64,000 nt of DNA from Candidatus Spongiisociaceae bacterium (GTDB lineage Bacteria > Actinomycetota > Acidimicrobiia > Spongiisociales > Spongiisociaceae): the NCBI GenBank assembly GCA_965262915.1, contig OZ253564.1, positions 1,056,001 to 1,120,000 of the forward strand, given 5' to 3'. Made by a program: the position numbers and the translations under genes. Shown one piece after another: positions 20,079 to 29,185 of this stretch (within the stretch, counting starts at the first letter, position 1; each line of letters starts with the position of its first letter). A model generated the notes under the pieces. The model worked only from the letters and a program-made list of their open reading frames with translations, ran no database searches and was not told the DNA's origin.

Positions 20079-20948
20079 TCAGAACGGGACGATCGGGAAG
20101 TACTTGCCGCCGATCGGGTCACCGATCTCGATACCCACCTCGTCGTCGGAGTAGTTGAACTCGTAACGCCTGCTTCCGAACCAGCGAGTACCGTCGGCCA
20201 CGAAGCGTACGACGATCGCCCGGCGCGGAGTCGACGAGATGTTGGGCAGCGAGGCGTGCCAGGTCAGGCAGTGGTGCATGGATATGGACCCGGCCGGCAC
20301 CGTGATCGTCTCGACCGGGAGACCTGCCTCGACAGGATCGTCGATCGGTCTGACGGTGGGGGGCCGCAGTTCCTGCAGGTATGTCGATCCCGTCCCGAAG
20401 GCGGCGGGCAGCGTCTCGCCCATGACGTGGCTCCCCGGCACCATCTGCATCGCTCCGTTCTCGGCGGTCACGTCGTCGAGCGCCAACCAGGCGGTAACCG
20501 CGTTCGGCTGCGCGAGGGGCCAGTACGGGTAGTCCTGGTGCCACTTGAGGCTGCCGCCCTTGCCCGGATCCTTGAACAAGGCGTTGTCCTCCAGGATGCG
20601 GACCTCACGGGCCCCCACCAACTGGGATGCCCACCCGGCCAGGACCGGGTTGAAGGAGACGAGGCGGATGTCCCTGTCCCACGTCCAGAGGTTGAACAGG
20701 AACCCCACCGACTTGCCCGGCTCGGGAGGAAGTACGCTGTCCTCGGGCCAGATGTTCGGATCGAGCAGGTCATATTCCTCGCCCTTCCCCCTCTGGAGAG
20801 TGCGTGCCCTCTCCACCACGTCCCGGAGCATTTCTACCTGCTCGGAGGTGAATACACGGCCCGGCCGCAGGAAGCCCTTGTGATGGAACTCGAGGAGCTC
20901 GTCGGCACCCAGCGCGCTCGTGCGAACCTCGTCCGTCACCGTCTGCAT
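20079..20948 (-). CDS. Phytanoyl-CoA dioxygenase (PhyH) family Fe(II)/2-oxoglutarate dioxygenase
   Basis: WHQD (HxD), WLALDDVTAENG, PGSH, HHCLTWHAS..N...RRA. Confidence 0.92.
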   Translation of the reverse strand: MQTVTDEVRTSALGADELLEFHHKGFLRPGRVFTSEQVEMLRDVVERARTLQRGKGEEYDLLDPNIWPEDSVLPPEPGKSVGFLFNLWTWDRDIRLVSFNPVLAGWASQLVGAREVRILEDNALFKDPGKGGSLKWHQDYPYWPLAQPNAVTAWLALDDVTAENGAMQMVPGSHVMGETLPAAFGTGSTYLQELRPPTVRPIDDPVEAGLPVETITVPAGSISMHHCLTWHASLPNISSTPRRAIVVRFVADGTRWFGSRRYEFNYSDDEVGIEIGDPIGGKYFPIVPF

Positions 20949-20996
20949 GCTTGACCTCCTTGCCGTCCGGTAACCACCTGAATGGTGTTGACGTGT

Positions 20997-21350
20997 TTAC
21001 TCGACCACTTCCACGGATGACGTCTCCACGGTGCACAGCAGCGGCGGGTCTACCTCCGCCCCGGCCTCGACAGACCACGGCACTTCGCTCTCGGCCTCGA
21101 CCCGTGGCACGGTCAGTTCCACCTCGTGGTAGACCTCGCTGGAGAGGTCCAGCCACATCGTCAGCAGTTCCAGCCGTACCGCCACGTCGGCGTCGTTTCG
21201 CAACATGCCGCCCACCGATTTCGAGGAACATTGGGAGACGCTGGCCAGTATGAAGGTCTCAACGTCGCGCTGGACATCGGCGCGCGGTAGGTAACAGGAG
21301 GCGGCCAGCAGCGAGATCGCGATCACGAGCGGCAGTCGGCCGCGGGTCAT
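20997..21350 (-). CDS. Small hypothetical lipoprotein
   Basis: Lipobox LLAASC followed by a beta-rich domain; sits inside the operon. Confidence 0.6.
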   Translation of the reverse strand: MTRGRLPLVIAISLLAASCYLPRADVQRDVETFILASVSQCSSKSVGGMLRNDADVAVRLELLTMWLDLSSEVYHEVELTVPRVEAESEVPWSVEAGAEVDPPLLCTVETSSVEVVE

Positions 21351-21362
21351 AGGTGTGTGCCC

Positions 21363-22211
21363 TCACGATCCTCGCTGTTGCAGCTGCTGGTTGTAGTAGT
21401 CGGTATAGGACATGACTTCTACGCCCCGCTCAAGCGCGTACTCTATCACTCCGCGCGCCCAGCCGGTCCCTGCCTCGTTGTAACGGACCATCGCCCATTC
21501 GTGGAAACACGCACCGTAGACGAGGTCCTTCTCGACGATCTCGTCCACCCCTTCCTTCAGGACTTCGAGGAATTCGGCGCCTCTGTCGATGCCGAATTCC
21601 TCGAACCAGAAACCATCCAGCCAGTGCTGGAAGGGCAGTTCCAGGATGTCCGGGAAACCCTGCTCCTCGTACCAGAAGGGCTGGGTGTCGAGTGGTGTCG
21701 GGTTGTCGTGTTCGGAGTTCCGGCCCCAAGAACTCACGAACTCGATACCGACGTCTGCCAGCATCCGGAGCCGGTCGGGACGGTCGGAAAGCCCCAGGTA
21801 GTAGCCGTGCGGCGTTCGCAGCCCGATGCAGTCGATATCGAGATGCTCCTTGATGAGCGCCGATGTCGCCCCGAGTTCGTGGTAGAGGGCTTCGGCCGGC
21901 GACTGCGGGAACAGCCCTCCCCGCCACGTGTCGTCCTTGAACAGGATGTGGCTATAGGTGTGCTGTTGTATGTCGAGCACCGGACTGCGGGCGGCCTTCT
22001 TGAGGGCGGGCAGGCAATGGAGCAACGTACGACCGCACACGAACAGCGTGCCGGTAACGCCGACGGCTTCGTGATTGGCGGTGATGATGTCGAGTCCCGC
22101 TTCGGTGGCGTCGTCGGGCAGGGAACTGTAGAAACTCTCCCCGCCGCCCCGCGCCAGGTTCTCGCCGATGGCGTGGTATTCCGTGTCGTAGCCCATCAAC
22201 ATCGTTGCCAC
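21363..22211 (-). CDS. Polysaccharide-deacetylase (CE4) family hydrolase
   Basis: GYDTE, TLFVCG, QQHTYSH, GLRTPHG, CFHEW; RBS AGGAAGG before GTG 22211. Confidence 0.85.
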   Translation of the reverse strand: MATMLMGYDTEYHAIGENLARGGGESFYSSLPDDATEAGLDIITANHEAVGVTGTLFVCGRTLLHCLPALKKAARSPVLDIQQHTYSHILFKDDTWRGGLFPQSPAEALYHELGATSALIKEHLDIDCIGLRTPHGYYLGLSDRPDRLRMLADVGIEFVSSWGRNSEHDNPTPLDTQPFWYEEQGFPDILELPFQHWLDGFWFEEFGIDRGAEFLEVLKEGVDEIVEKDLVYGACFHEWAMVRYNEAGTGWARGVIEYALERGVEVMSYTDYYNQQLQQRGS

Positions 22212-22228
22212 GGTTCGATCCCTTCCTG

Positions 22229-22327
22229 GAGGGTGCTGGAAGACTCCCTGCCGGCCCGGCGGTCGATGACCAAAATAGCCGGTCACCGGAGGACGGGCCA
22301 ACCGTTATCACGTTCTCGAGCACCGTC
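22229..22327. repeat. Palindromic MITE-like dispersed repeat, copy 2
   Basis: Reverse complement aligns end to end with 7841-7938 (about 75 of 100 columns by hand count); ends GAGGGTGCTG / GAGCACCGTC. Confidence 0.7.
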
Positions 22328-22435
22328 CCGGTGTCCTGATCCCGGTTGATCACGATGCTCACTGATCCTGTGCAGGGCCAGTAGCTTGTCTGACAGATAC
22401 GATTCAGCTTCAGGGCCTGCAGGCTGAGAGATGGC

Positions 22436-22699
22436 TCATGGGAGGGGATCAATCCGTGGAGGTGTCTGCCCGGCGGACACCAGCTTCCATGCGTCGAGCA
22501 GTTCTTCGTGATGCTGCCTACACCACCTGTCGACCAACTTCATCTGAGGTCGCGGCAACCCACCGACGATGCGTCTGAGGGACACGAGGTCGATACTGAC
22601 GCTGTCCTCGGCGAATTCGGCATGGAAGTGAGGCCTCTTGTATGCGGGCTCTTGGTAGATGTAGATCGCGATGCCGTGAAAGTAGGAGACTCGGGGCAC
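22436..22699 (-). CDS. DUF4160 family protein (putative TA component)
   Basis: MPRVSYFHGIAIYIY...PHFHAEF...GGLP...W...H.EELLDAW. Confidence 0.85.
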   Translation of the reverse strand: MPRVSYFHGIAIYIYQEPAYKRPHFHAEFAEDSVSIDLVSLRRIVGGLPRPQMKLVDRWCRQHHEELLDAWKLVSAGQTPPRIDPLP

Positions 22700-22705
22700 G
22701 ACCCC

Positions 22706-23062
22706 TCATCTCGCGGCGGGAGGGAGGAGGTCATCCCAGTCGTGGCCGTTCAGCATCAGCCACATGGCTTCGGGACAAGCGTCCCACTGTTCTTCGTCAC
22801 CCCAGACCACCGCGAGACCGTTGCCTCGAATACGGGCAGTCGAGAAAAACTCAGGATCGAACCATCCGGCCGGCGCTTCGTCAGGCACCCTCGACATGTC
22901 CAATTCGCCTTCAGTGCCGTCGGAGAACGAGACCCACAGACGAAACCCCTCTCGTCCTTCTACCGCCACCAAGCGAGGTACTTGAACGACTCCCTCCTCG
23001 TCGCGCAGCCTGTCGATTCCGGACTTCTCCCGTGCCTCCGGACGGATTGCTGTATCTGTCAT
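22706..23062 (-). CDS. DUF2442 family protein (putative TA component)
   Basis: FRLWVSFSDGTEGELDM...DPEFF...VVWG...DACPE. Confidence 0.8.
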   Translation of the reverse strand: MTDTAIRPEAREKSGIDRLRDEEGVVQVPRLVAVEGREGFRLWVSFSDGTEGELDMSRVPDEAPAGWFDPEFFSTARIRGNGLAVVWGDEEQWDACPEAMWLMLNGHDWDDLLPPAAR

Positions 23063-23180
23063 ACCTCCTCAGCCCAGCCTTCCGATGGTCGATGTCGGCC
23101 TATGTGTAGAAACCATCTCTAACCAACAGTATAGTTGTCTAACTACGTGTTGTCGATTAGCCACGGCCTCAAGCCTTCTC

Positions 23181-24029
23181 CTACGTGTCCGAATGGCGGG
23201 CAGTGTCCAGCTCCCCGAGCGCCACGCCGGTGATCATGTCAACGAGATGGCGGGGGGTGATGCCCTCCATGCTCGCAAGCTCACCTATTTTCATGCCGTG
23301 GCGGAGCACGACCACGCGATCGCACACCTTGATGACATCGTGCATGTTGTGGCTGACCAGCAGGACCGCCACTCCTTGCTTCTTGAGACGCTCGATCAGG
23401 TCCAGTACCAGACGGGTCTGCTCGACTCCGAGTGCGGCTGTCGGTTCGTCCAGGACCACGATGTGGTTTCCCCACGCCACGGCCCGGCCGACGGCCACCG
23501 CCTGGCGCTGACCTCCCGACAGCTTGTCGACGGGCTGGCGTACCGATGGGATGTCGATGCTCAGCCGGTCGAGTATCTCTCGGGATTCCCTGTACATGCG
23601 GCGGCGGTCCAACCATCCCAGCCAGCCGAAGATTCCCCATTTGACGGTGTGTTCCCTGTTCAGGAAGAGGTTTGTCGCGACATCGAGCGTGTCCACCAGC
23701 GACAGGTCCTGGTGGACCGTCTCCACGCCGAGCCGGTGGGCGGCCTGAGGACTCTCGATGGACGCGACCGAACCGTCGATGAGGATGTCTCCCGCGTCAG
23801 GCGTGAGCCCACCCGAGACACAGTTCACAACCGTCGTCTTCCCGGCCCCGTTGTCGCCGAGAAGGCCGAGCACCTCGCCGCGCCGGATCTCGAAGCTGAC
23901 CGCCCTCGCGGCGCGGACCGCCCCGAACGACTTCGACAGGGAACGCACCTCGAGCGCAACGGAGTCCTCCGACCGGTGGGAAGCGGTCCCATTGGAGCCG
24001 AGAGTGGGTAGATCCTGGGTCACTGTCAT
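23181..24029 (-). CDS. Monosaccharide-type ABC ATP-binding protein (orphan)
   Basis: GDNGAGKT, VETVHQDL, LSGGQRQAVAVGRA, LDEPTAALGV. Confidence 0.92.
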   Translation of the reverse strand: MTVTQDLPTLGSNGTASHRSEDSVALEVRSLSKSFGAVRAARAVSFEIRRGEVLGLLGDNGAGKTTVVNCVSGGLTPDAGDILIDGSVASIESPQAAHRLGVETVHQDLSLVDTLDVATNLFLNREHTVKWGIFGWLGWLDRRRMYRESREILDRLSIDIPSVRQPVDKLSGGQRQAVAVGRAVAWGNHIVVLDEPTAALGVEQTRLVLDLIERLKKQGVAVLLVSHNMHDVIKVCDRVVVLRHGMKIGELASMEGITPRHLVDMITGVALGELDTARHSDT

Positions 24030-24090
24030 CGCAAACTCGCCTGTCCGGAGGTCATTTAGAGTATATCCCTCCTTAGGAAAGGAGGTCCGA

Positions 24091-24492
24091 GTGCCGGAAT
24101 ATGTCGTTCGAGCCGACACCACGCCCCCGTCCGATCTCTCGGGAACGGCCTTCAGCCATCTCGATGTGCGCTGGCTGGTGAGTGGGGAACGCAACGGTGC
24201 GGAACTTACCGGAGTAGGCCAGACGATCTATCCCGCCCGGGGTGGAACCCACGAGATCCACTTGCATCCGAATGCGGAGGAGGTTGTGATCGTCCAGTCC
24301 GGCCGGGGACGTCATCTGGTGGGTGACCGCTGGTACGACGTCGGACCCGGGGACATCATTTTCATACCGCGCAATACCGCCCACGGCGCCAAGTCCGTCG
24401 GGGATGAAGAGCTTGTCATCTACTGGGTCCTGGGTGGAGCGGGAAGTCTGGAAGACGCCGGATATGTGCCCGTCAGCGGCCCGCCGGAATGA
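24091..24492 (+). CDS. Cupin domain protein
   Basis: HEIHLHPNAEE, GPGDIIFIPRNTAH; RBS AAGGAGG before GTG 24091. Confidence 0.87.
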   Translation: MPEYVVRADTTPPSDLSGTAFSHLDVRWLVSGERNGAELTGVGQTIYPARGGTHEIHLHPNAEEVVIVQSGRGRHLVGDRWYDVGPGDIIFIPRNTAHGAKSVGDEELVIYWVLGGAGSLEDAGYVPVSGPPE

Positions 24493-24640
24493 TGATCCGC
24501 CATATCCAGCTTGGGGTGCGCACCCCTCGCTTCGTTCCGCCTCCGTGCCGTCTCGCAGCGCGATGCCTTGATCCGGTGGCGCGGGAGGTGCCTCGGCAGG
24601 CGCATGCCACACCGCGACTCGGCCTGACCACCGGCTACGC

Positions 24641-26062
24641 GTGACCATGGAACTCTGGCAGCTATCGGTCACTGAGTTGACCGACGCCTACAAGCACGGG
24701 AAGGTCTCACCGCTAGAGGTCATCGAGATGTCACTCCGGCGAATCGAGCGTCTCGATCCGGCTATCGGAGGTTTCCGCGAGGTGTTCCACGAGCGCGCTA
24801 TCAACGAGGCACGGGCGCGCAGCGACGAACTCGCCAGGGGAGAGTGGGCGGGTCCGCTGCACGGCATTCCTGTCGCCATCAAGGAACTCTTCGACGTTGA
24901 AGGCGCGGTGGGCTGCTACGGGTCCACGATCCTTTTGGACCGCATCGCGCCGTCCGATGCGGCCGCAGTGGCGCGCTGGCGAGAGGCCGGGGCCATAGTG
25001 ATCGGCGTCACCCGTTCCCATGAGTTCGGATGGGGTATCACCACCCAGCACGCCGAGCTTGGAAGCACCCTGAACCCCTGGAACACGGACCGGGTACCGG
25101 GAGGGTCGAGCGGGGGGTCGGCTGCGGCGCTCGCAGTCGGCATGGTGCCCCTGGCACTCGGAAGCGATACCGGCGGTTCCATCCGGATTCCGGCCTGTTT
25201 CTGCGGGATCGCAGGGATCAAACCGACCTACGGCCGGGTTGCCAAGCGCGGCGCCGTGTCGCTCGCTCCGTCCCTCGACCACCCGGGACCGCTCGCCCGA
25301 ACGGTTCCGGATCTGGCGATCGGTCTGGCCGCCATGGCCGGGTTCGACGCTTGGGACCCCAGCACCCTGCCCGTCCAACCCCCTTCGCGGTCGGTGACGC
25401 CGTCGGTGGCCGGTGTCCGGGTCGGACTGGTAGCCGACCTCCATCCACGCGCGCTCCGCGAGGATCACCAGGCCCGGTTCGATGCGGCCACCGAAGCGAT
25501 GTCAGACGCAGGCGCCCGCCTCATCGATCTCAGCTTTCCCGGGGCGGAGGAGATCAGGCCGACCTTCGCAACGATCCAGATGGCCGAGGCGCACCACGTT
25601 CATTCGTCCGTCATGGGAATCTTTCCCCGGCGGGCCTCTGAGTACGGGGCCGATGTGAGGGGACGGCTCGAAATGTCAGCCGACATCACATTGGCCGACT
25701 ACCTGTCGGCTCTGGAAGCCAAACGGGCCCTCCGGCACCGGTTTGCCCGCCTGTTCGACGAGGTCGACGTGATGATGACCCCGATAACGGCTGGAGGACC
25801 GTCCACGACTTCCGAACCCGACGTGTCGTTCGATGGCACCGGCGAGGCGCCGTTCCGTGACGTCGTGATGGACTACACCGTCGCCCAGGACCTGTTCGGA
25901 CTCCCCGTGTGCGCGGTACCCAACGGTCTGGACGGCGACGGGCTTCCGCTGGGACTCCAGCTGACCGGGCCGACCCTGTCCGAGAATGCGGTGATGGATG
26001 CTGCGGCCGGAATCGCAACGGTCCTGCCGAGTCCCGGGTTTCCGCCGATAGCCGGCTTGTAG
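24641..26062 (+). CDS. Amidase signature family enzyme
   Basis: [32 protein letters not shown] (Lys-Ser-Ser triad). Confidence 0.93.
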   Translation: MTMELWQLSVTELTDAYKHGKVSPLEVIEMSLRRIERLDPAIGGFREVFHERAINEARARSDELARGEWAGPLHGIPVAIKELFDVEGAVGCYGSTILLDRIAPSDAAAVARWREAGAIVIGVTRSHEFGWGITTQHAELGSTLNPWNTDRVPGGSSGGSAAALAVGMVPLALGSDTGGSIRIPACFCGIAGIKPTYGRVAKRGAVSLAPSLDHPGPLARTVPDLAIGLAAMAGFDAWDPSTLPVQPPSRSVTPSVAGVRVGLVADLHPRALREDHQARFDAATEAMSDAGARLIDLSFPGAEEIRPTFATIQMAEAHHVHSSVMGIFPRRASEYGADVRGRLEMSADITLADYLSALEAKRALRHRFARLFDEVDVMMTPITAGGPSTTSEPDVSFDGTGEAPFRDVVMDYTVAQDLFGLPVCAVPNGLDGDGLPLGLQLTGPTLSENAVMDAAAGIATVLPSPGFPPIAGL

Positions 26063-26097
26063 CATATGGGCGATAGCGATCGAGATCAGGAACCCTC

Positions 26098-26919
26098 TTG
26101 CCGACAGCGAATCTGAGCACCGGCGTCGACCTCTACTACGAGTGGCACGGCACCGCCGGTGGCCCTCCGGTGGTGTTCGTGCGTGGTACCGGAGCCGACG
26201 GTTCCCGATGGCTTCCCCAGGTAGAGGAGTACCAGGATCGGTACCGGTGCCTGATCTTCGACAATCGCGGGTCCGGCCGGAGTTCGGCCCCGCAAGGTCC
26301 CTACAGCGTCCCGATGATGGTTGCGGACACGGTCGCTCTCCTGGACCACCTAGATATAGAGACCTGTCACCTGTCCGGAATGTCGCTCGGGGGCGCGATC
26401 GCGCTCAGGTTGGCCATCGACTTTCCCGAGCGAGTGACGACGCTGCAACTCCACGGCGCCTGGGCAAAGACCCATGGCTACGCCAAGATGTACCTGTCGC
26501 TGCTCAAACGGTTCCTTGAGGAGGGTGGCCTGGACTTCTACTACGAGGCCGCGCTGCTCTACCTGTTCCCGCCCGACTTTCTCACCAAGCAATACGACCT
26601 CGCCCTCGAGATCCTCGAACGTATGAAGACCAACTCGTCACCGATCGCCGGTCTCGCGGGGCAGATCGAGGCCAACCTGACGCATGACGAGGCGGATCGT
26701 TTGTCCCTGGTTCGAGCCCCTACGCTCGTAACGGTGGGGGAACTCGACATGTGCCTGCCACCGTTCTTCAGTCGTGAACTGGCCGAAGGGATTCCCGATG
26801 CCGAACTCGTTGTCTTTCCCGGCGGGTCGCACCTGTTCGGCATGCAGGATCCGGGGACCTTCAACCGGGTGACGCTCGACTGGCTGGCAAGCCGGCAAGG
26901 AACCGTCTCCGACGGTTGA
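26098..26919 (+). CDS. Alpha/beta hydrolase
   Basis: DNRGSGRS, nucleophile GMSLGG, GELD, GGSH. Confidence 0.9.
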   Translation: MPTANLSTGVDLYYEWHGTAGGPPVVFVRGTGADGSRWLPQVEEYQDRYRCLIFDNRGSGRSSAPQGPYSVPMMVADTVALLDHLDIETCHLSGMSLGGAIALRLAIDFPERVTTLQLHGAWAKTHGYAKMYLSLLKRFLEEGGLDFYYEAALLYLFPPDFLTKQYDLALEILERMKTNSSPIAGLAGQIEANLTHDEADRLSLVRAPTLVTVGELDMCLPPFFSRELAEGIPDAELVVFPGGSHLFGMQDPGTFNRVTLDWLASRQGTVSDG

Positions 26920-27140
26920 CGACGGCCTGCCGGGGCGGTGCGGTCTATGCCGCGGGTGCTGTCGTTGCCCGGACTTAGACCGCCCCGTGACATCCATAGC
27001 CGTCAGATCCGGACTCGTGCCGGGAGAAGTACGAGCCGGACTCGGCACCAAGTCCTGTCTGGTTGCAAGGCCGAAACTCGGCCGTACCACGAATCGTGTG
27101 GCCGTTGCGTGTCCACTGAAGCGCGGTGCGCCGAACCGGT

Positions 27141-27235
27141 GTGCTCCATCGAACGGATGCCCGCTGACAAGGCCCGCCGAGAAGGCCTGGCGGATGGCAT
27201 CGGAGGTGTGGCAGTGGGCGAGCACGTGGGTGTTC
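27141..27235 (-). pseudogene. Fragment of an amidohydrolase paralog
   Basis: THVLAHCHTSDAIRQA...SAGIRSMEH, matching the segment at 28445-28525 of the neighbouring amidohydrolase, with a 14-bp internal duplication. Confidence 0.7.
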
Positions 27236-27427
27236 CCGCGGCGTAGGGCGTCGTGGGTGAGGGTGAAGGCGATGAAACCAGAGAAGAGGATATTTGTGGT
27301 ACAAGGGGCTTTTTCTATGCTGCTATCATGTTGTATAACGATATCAACCGGTGAGATTGCTCTACGTGCGGGAGGAAGTGGGGCCTCCCGGGGGTAGTTT
27401 GGTATCGTTGAGCAGGGAGACGGAACG

Positions 27428-27724
27428 ATGGATGCAGCGACGATCGGTGTCCTCGGCGGCATGATCACAATGATGATGACGATCATGCTGAGCGTCATGA
27501 TCTACTTGGATCGCGCGCGTCGTGCTGACATGGTTGCGGGCTTCGCCGCTGTCGACGGGCGTTTCGACCGGTTCGAAGAGCGGGTCAACAGGCGTTTCGA
27601 CCGTGTGGATGAGCGTTTCGACGAGTTCACCGGAATCGTGGTCGATCTCGCCAAGGAAGTCGGCGAGGTCAAGGGCCGTTTGGCTGTTTCCACAGCGGTC
27701 GAGGCCTTCTCCAGGGTTGATTGA
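27428..27724 (+). CDS. Hypothetical single-TM coiled-coil protein
   Basis: Hydrophobic N-terminus then repeated RFD motifs; RBS GGAGA upstream. Confidence 0.7.
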   Translation: MDAATIGVLGGMITMMMTIMLSVMIYLDRARRADMVAGFAAVDGRFDRFEERVNRRFDRVDERFDEFTGIVVDLAKEVGEVKGRLAVSTAVEAFSRVD

Positions 27725-27943
27725 CCAGACCACGCGGGCTGATATCGACGTTCGGTGTGTCGAGAGTCCTGACCCGTTTGGGCGGTCAGCCGCCGGACTC
27801 CGGTTACCTCCATGAGCCGGCTGTAAGTCTCCCACCACATGGCCGATTCCATGCTCCGGCGAGTGCGCTCCGCTACTCGGCCCCCTGATCCACCGGGTCG
27901 AGCCGCCGGAGGTAGGCGGCGGGCCCTCCATCCGGGTCTGTGA

Positions 27944-29185
27944 CTAAGCGGGCGAGGTCCTTCCTTGGGTGTCCTTGTAGATACGGCCCCCTTTGATCAC
28001 TGCCACGATCCGGTCGGGGTCGGCCAGGACCTCTATCTCGTCCAGCGGTTGACCTTCCACCAGGATCAGATCGGCGTCCTTGCCCACTTCGACGGTGCCG
28101 ATCCGGTCCCCCATGTTGAAGAGTTCGGCGTTGGCCGTGGTGGCGGTGGCGATCGCTTCCGCCGGGCTCATGAACTTGGCCTTGTTGGGTAGCTCCCGGC
28201 CGCGCCTGTCCTGCAGGGGACCGACGATATCGGAGCCTGACCCGACCTTAACCCCGGTCTCTTCCATGATTTCGATGCTACGGCCGACAGCTGTTTCCAC
28301 CGCCTGGAGCTTGGTGAGCTGCGATTGGGTGAGGCCGGCCCTCTCCGGATCCGCCAGCAGGTCGTACTTCACCGTCAGTGTGACCACCGCGAAGGCGTCG
28401 GACTCCACTATTCGCGCTGCGGCGTCCTCGTCCATGATGCTGGCGTGCTCGATGGAACGGATACCCGCCGACAAGGCACGGCGAATGGCGTCTGAGGTAT
28501 GACAGTGGGCAAGCACGTATGTGTGCCAGTCGGCCGCCACCTCGACAGCGGCCCGAAGTTCCTCGTAGCTGAACTGGAGGCTGTCGAAAGGATCGGTGGG
28601 GGAGAGGACCCCGCCGGAACTGAACACCTTGATCTGGGTGGCACCCTTGCGAAGCTGCTCGCGGGCTGCCCGGCGTACCTCGTCGACGCCGTCGACTATC
28701 TCTGGGGTGGCCGACAGCCCCGGGATGCTTCCCCGGGGATGCTCGATGTGATGGGCGGGTCGCAGATCCCCGTGTCCACCGGTCTGGGAGAGCACGGAGC
28801 CCGACGGGAGGATACGGGGTCCGTCTATCACTCCCTGCTCGACTAGGCGAGCCCAGTGGGGGTCGAGACCTCCCGCGTCCCGGACGGTGGTGAAACCCTC
28901 CTGGAGGGTGTTCTCGATGATGCGCCGGACCTTGAACACGTAGTCGATCCAGGGCAGGTCGCCGATGCCGCCCGCCGGCGAGATCAGGCCCATGTGGACG
29001 TGGGCATCGGTCAGTCCGGGCATCAGGGTCAGCCCGGTGGCGTCTATGACCCGATCCGGGGAACTTCCCGCGCCGCGTCCGATCCCGCTGATCCGAGAAC
29101 CCGAGACGGCCACATCCATGCCCGCCCGGGGGCCGCCTCCGGTGCAGTCCAGCAGCTCGGCGTTGCGGATCACGAGGCTGGTCAT
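27944..29185 (-). CDS. Metal-dependent amidohydrolase (Xaa-Pro dipeptidase-like)
   Basis: MPGLTDAHVH, GFTTVRDAGG, QIKVFSSGG, LAHCH, SIEH, GSGSD. Confidence 0.92.
   Translation of the reverse strand: MTSLVIRNAELLDCTGGGPRAGMDVAVSGSRISGIGRGAGSSPDRVIDATGLTLMPGLTDAHVHMGLISPAGGIGDLPWIDYVFKVRRIIENTLQEGFTTVRDAGGLDPHWARLVEQGVIDGPRILPSGSVLSQTGGHGDLRPAHHIEHPRGSIPGLSATPEIVDGVDEVRRAAREQLRKGATQIKVFSSGGVLSPTDPFDSLQFSYEELRAAVEVAADWHTYVLAHCHTSDAIRRALSAGIRSIEHASIMDEDAAARIVESDAFAVVTLTVKYDLLADPERAGLTQSQLTKLQAVETAVGRSIEIMEETGVKVGSGSDIVGPLQDRRGRELPNKAKFMSPAEAIATATTANAELFNMGDRIGTVEVGKDADLILVEGQPLDEIEVLADPDRIVAVIKGGRIYKDTQGRTSPA

Noticed and set aside
24641-26062. gatA assignment (also for 46327-47706)
   Set aside because: No gatB/gatC nearby; catabolic context; generic amidase motifs only
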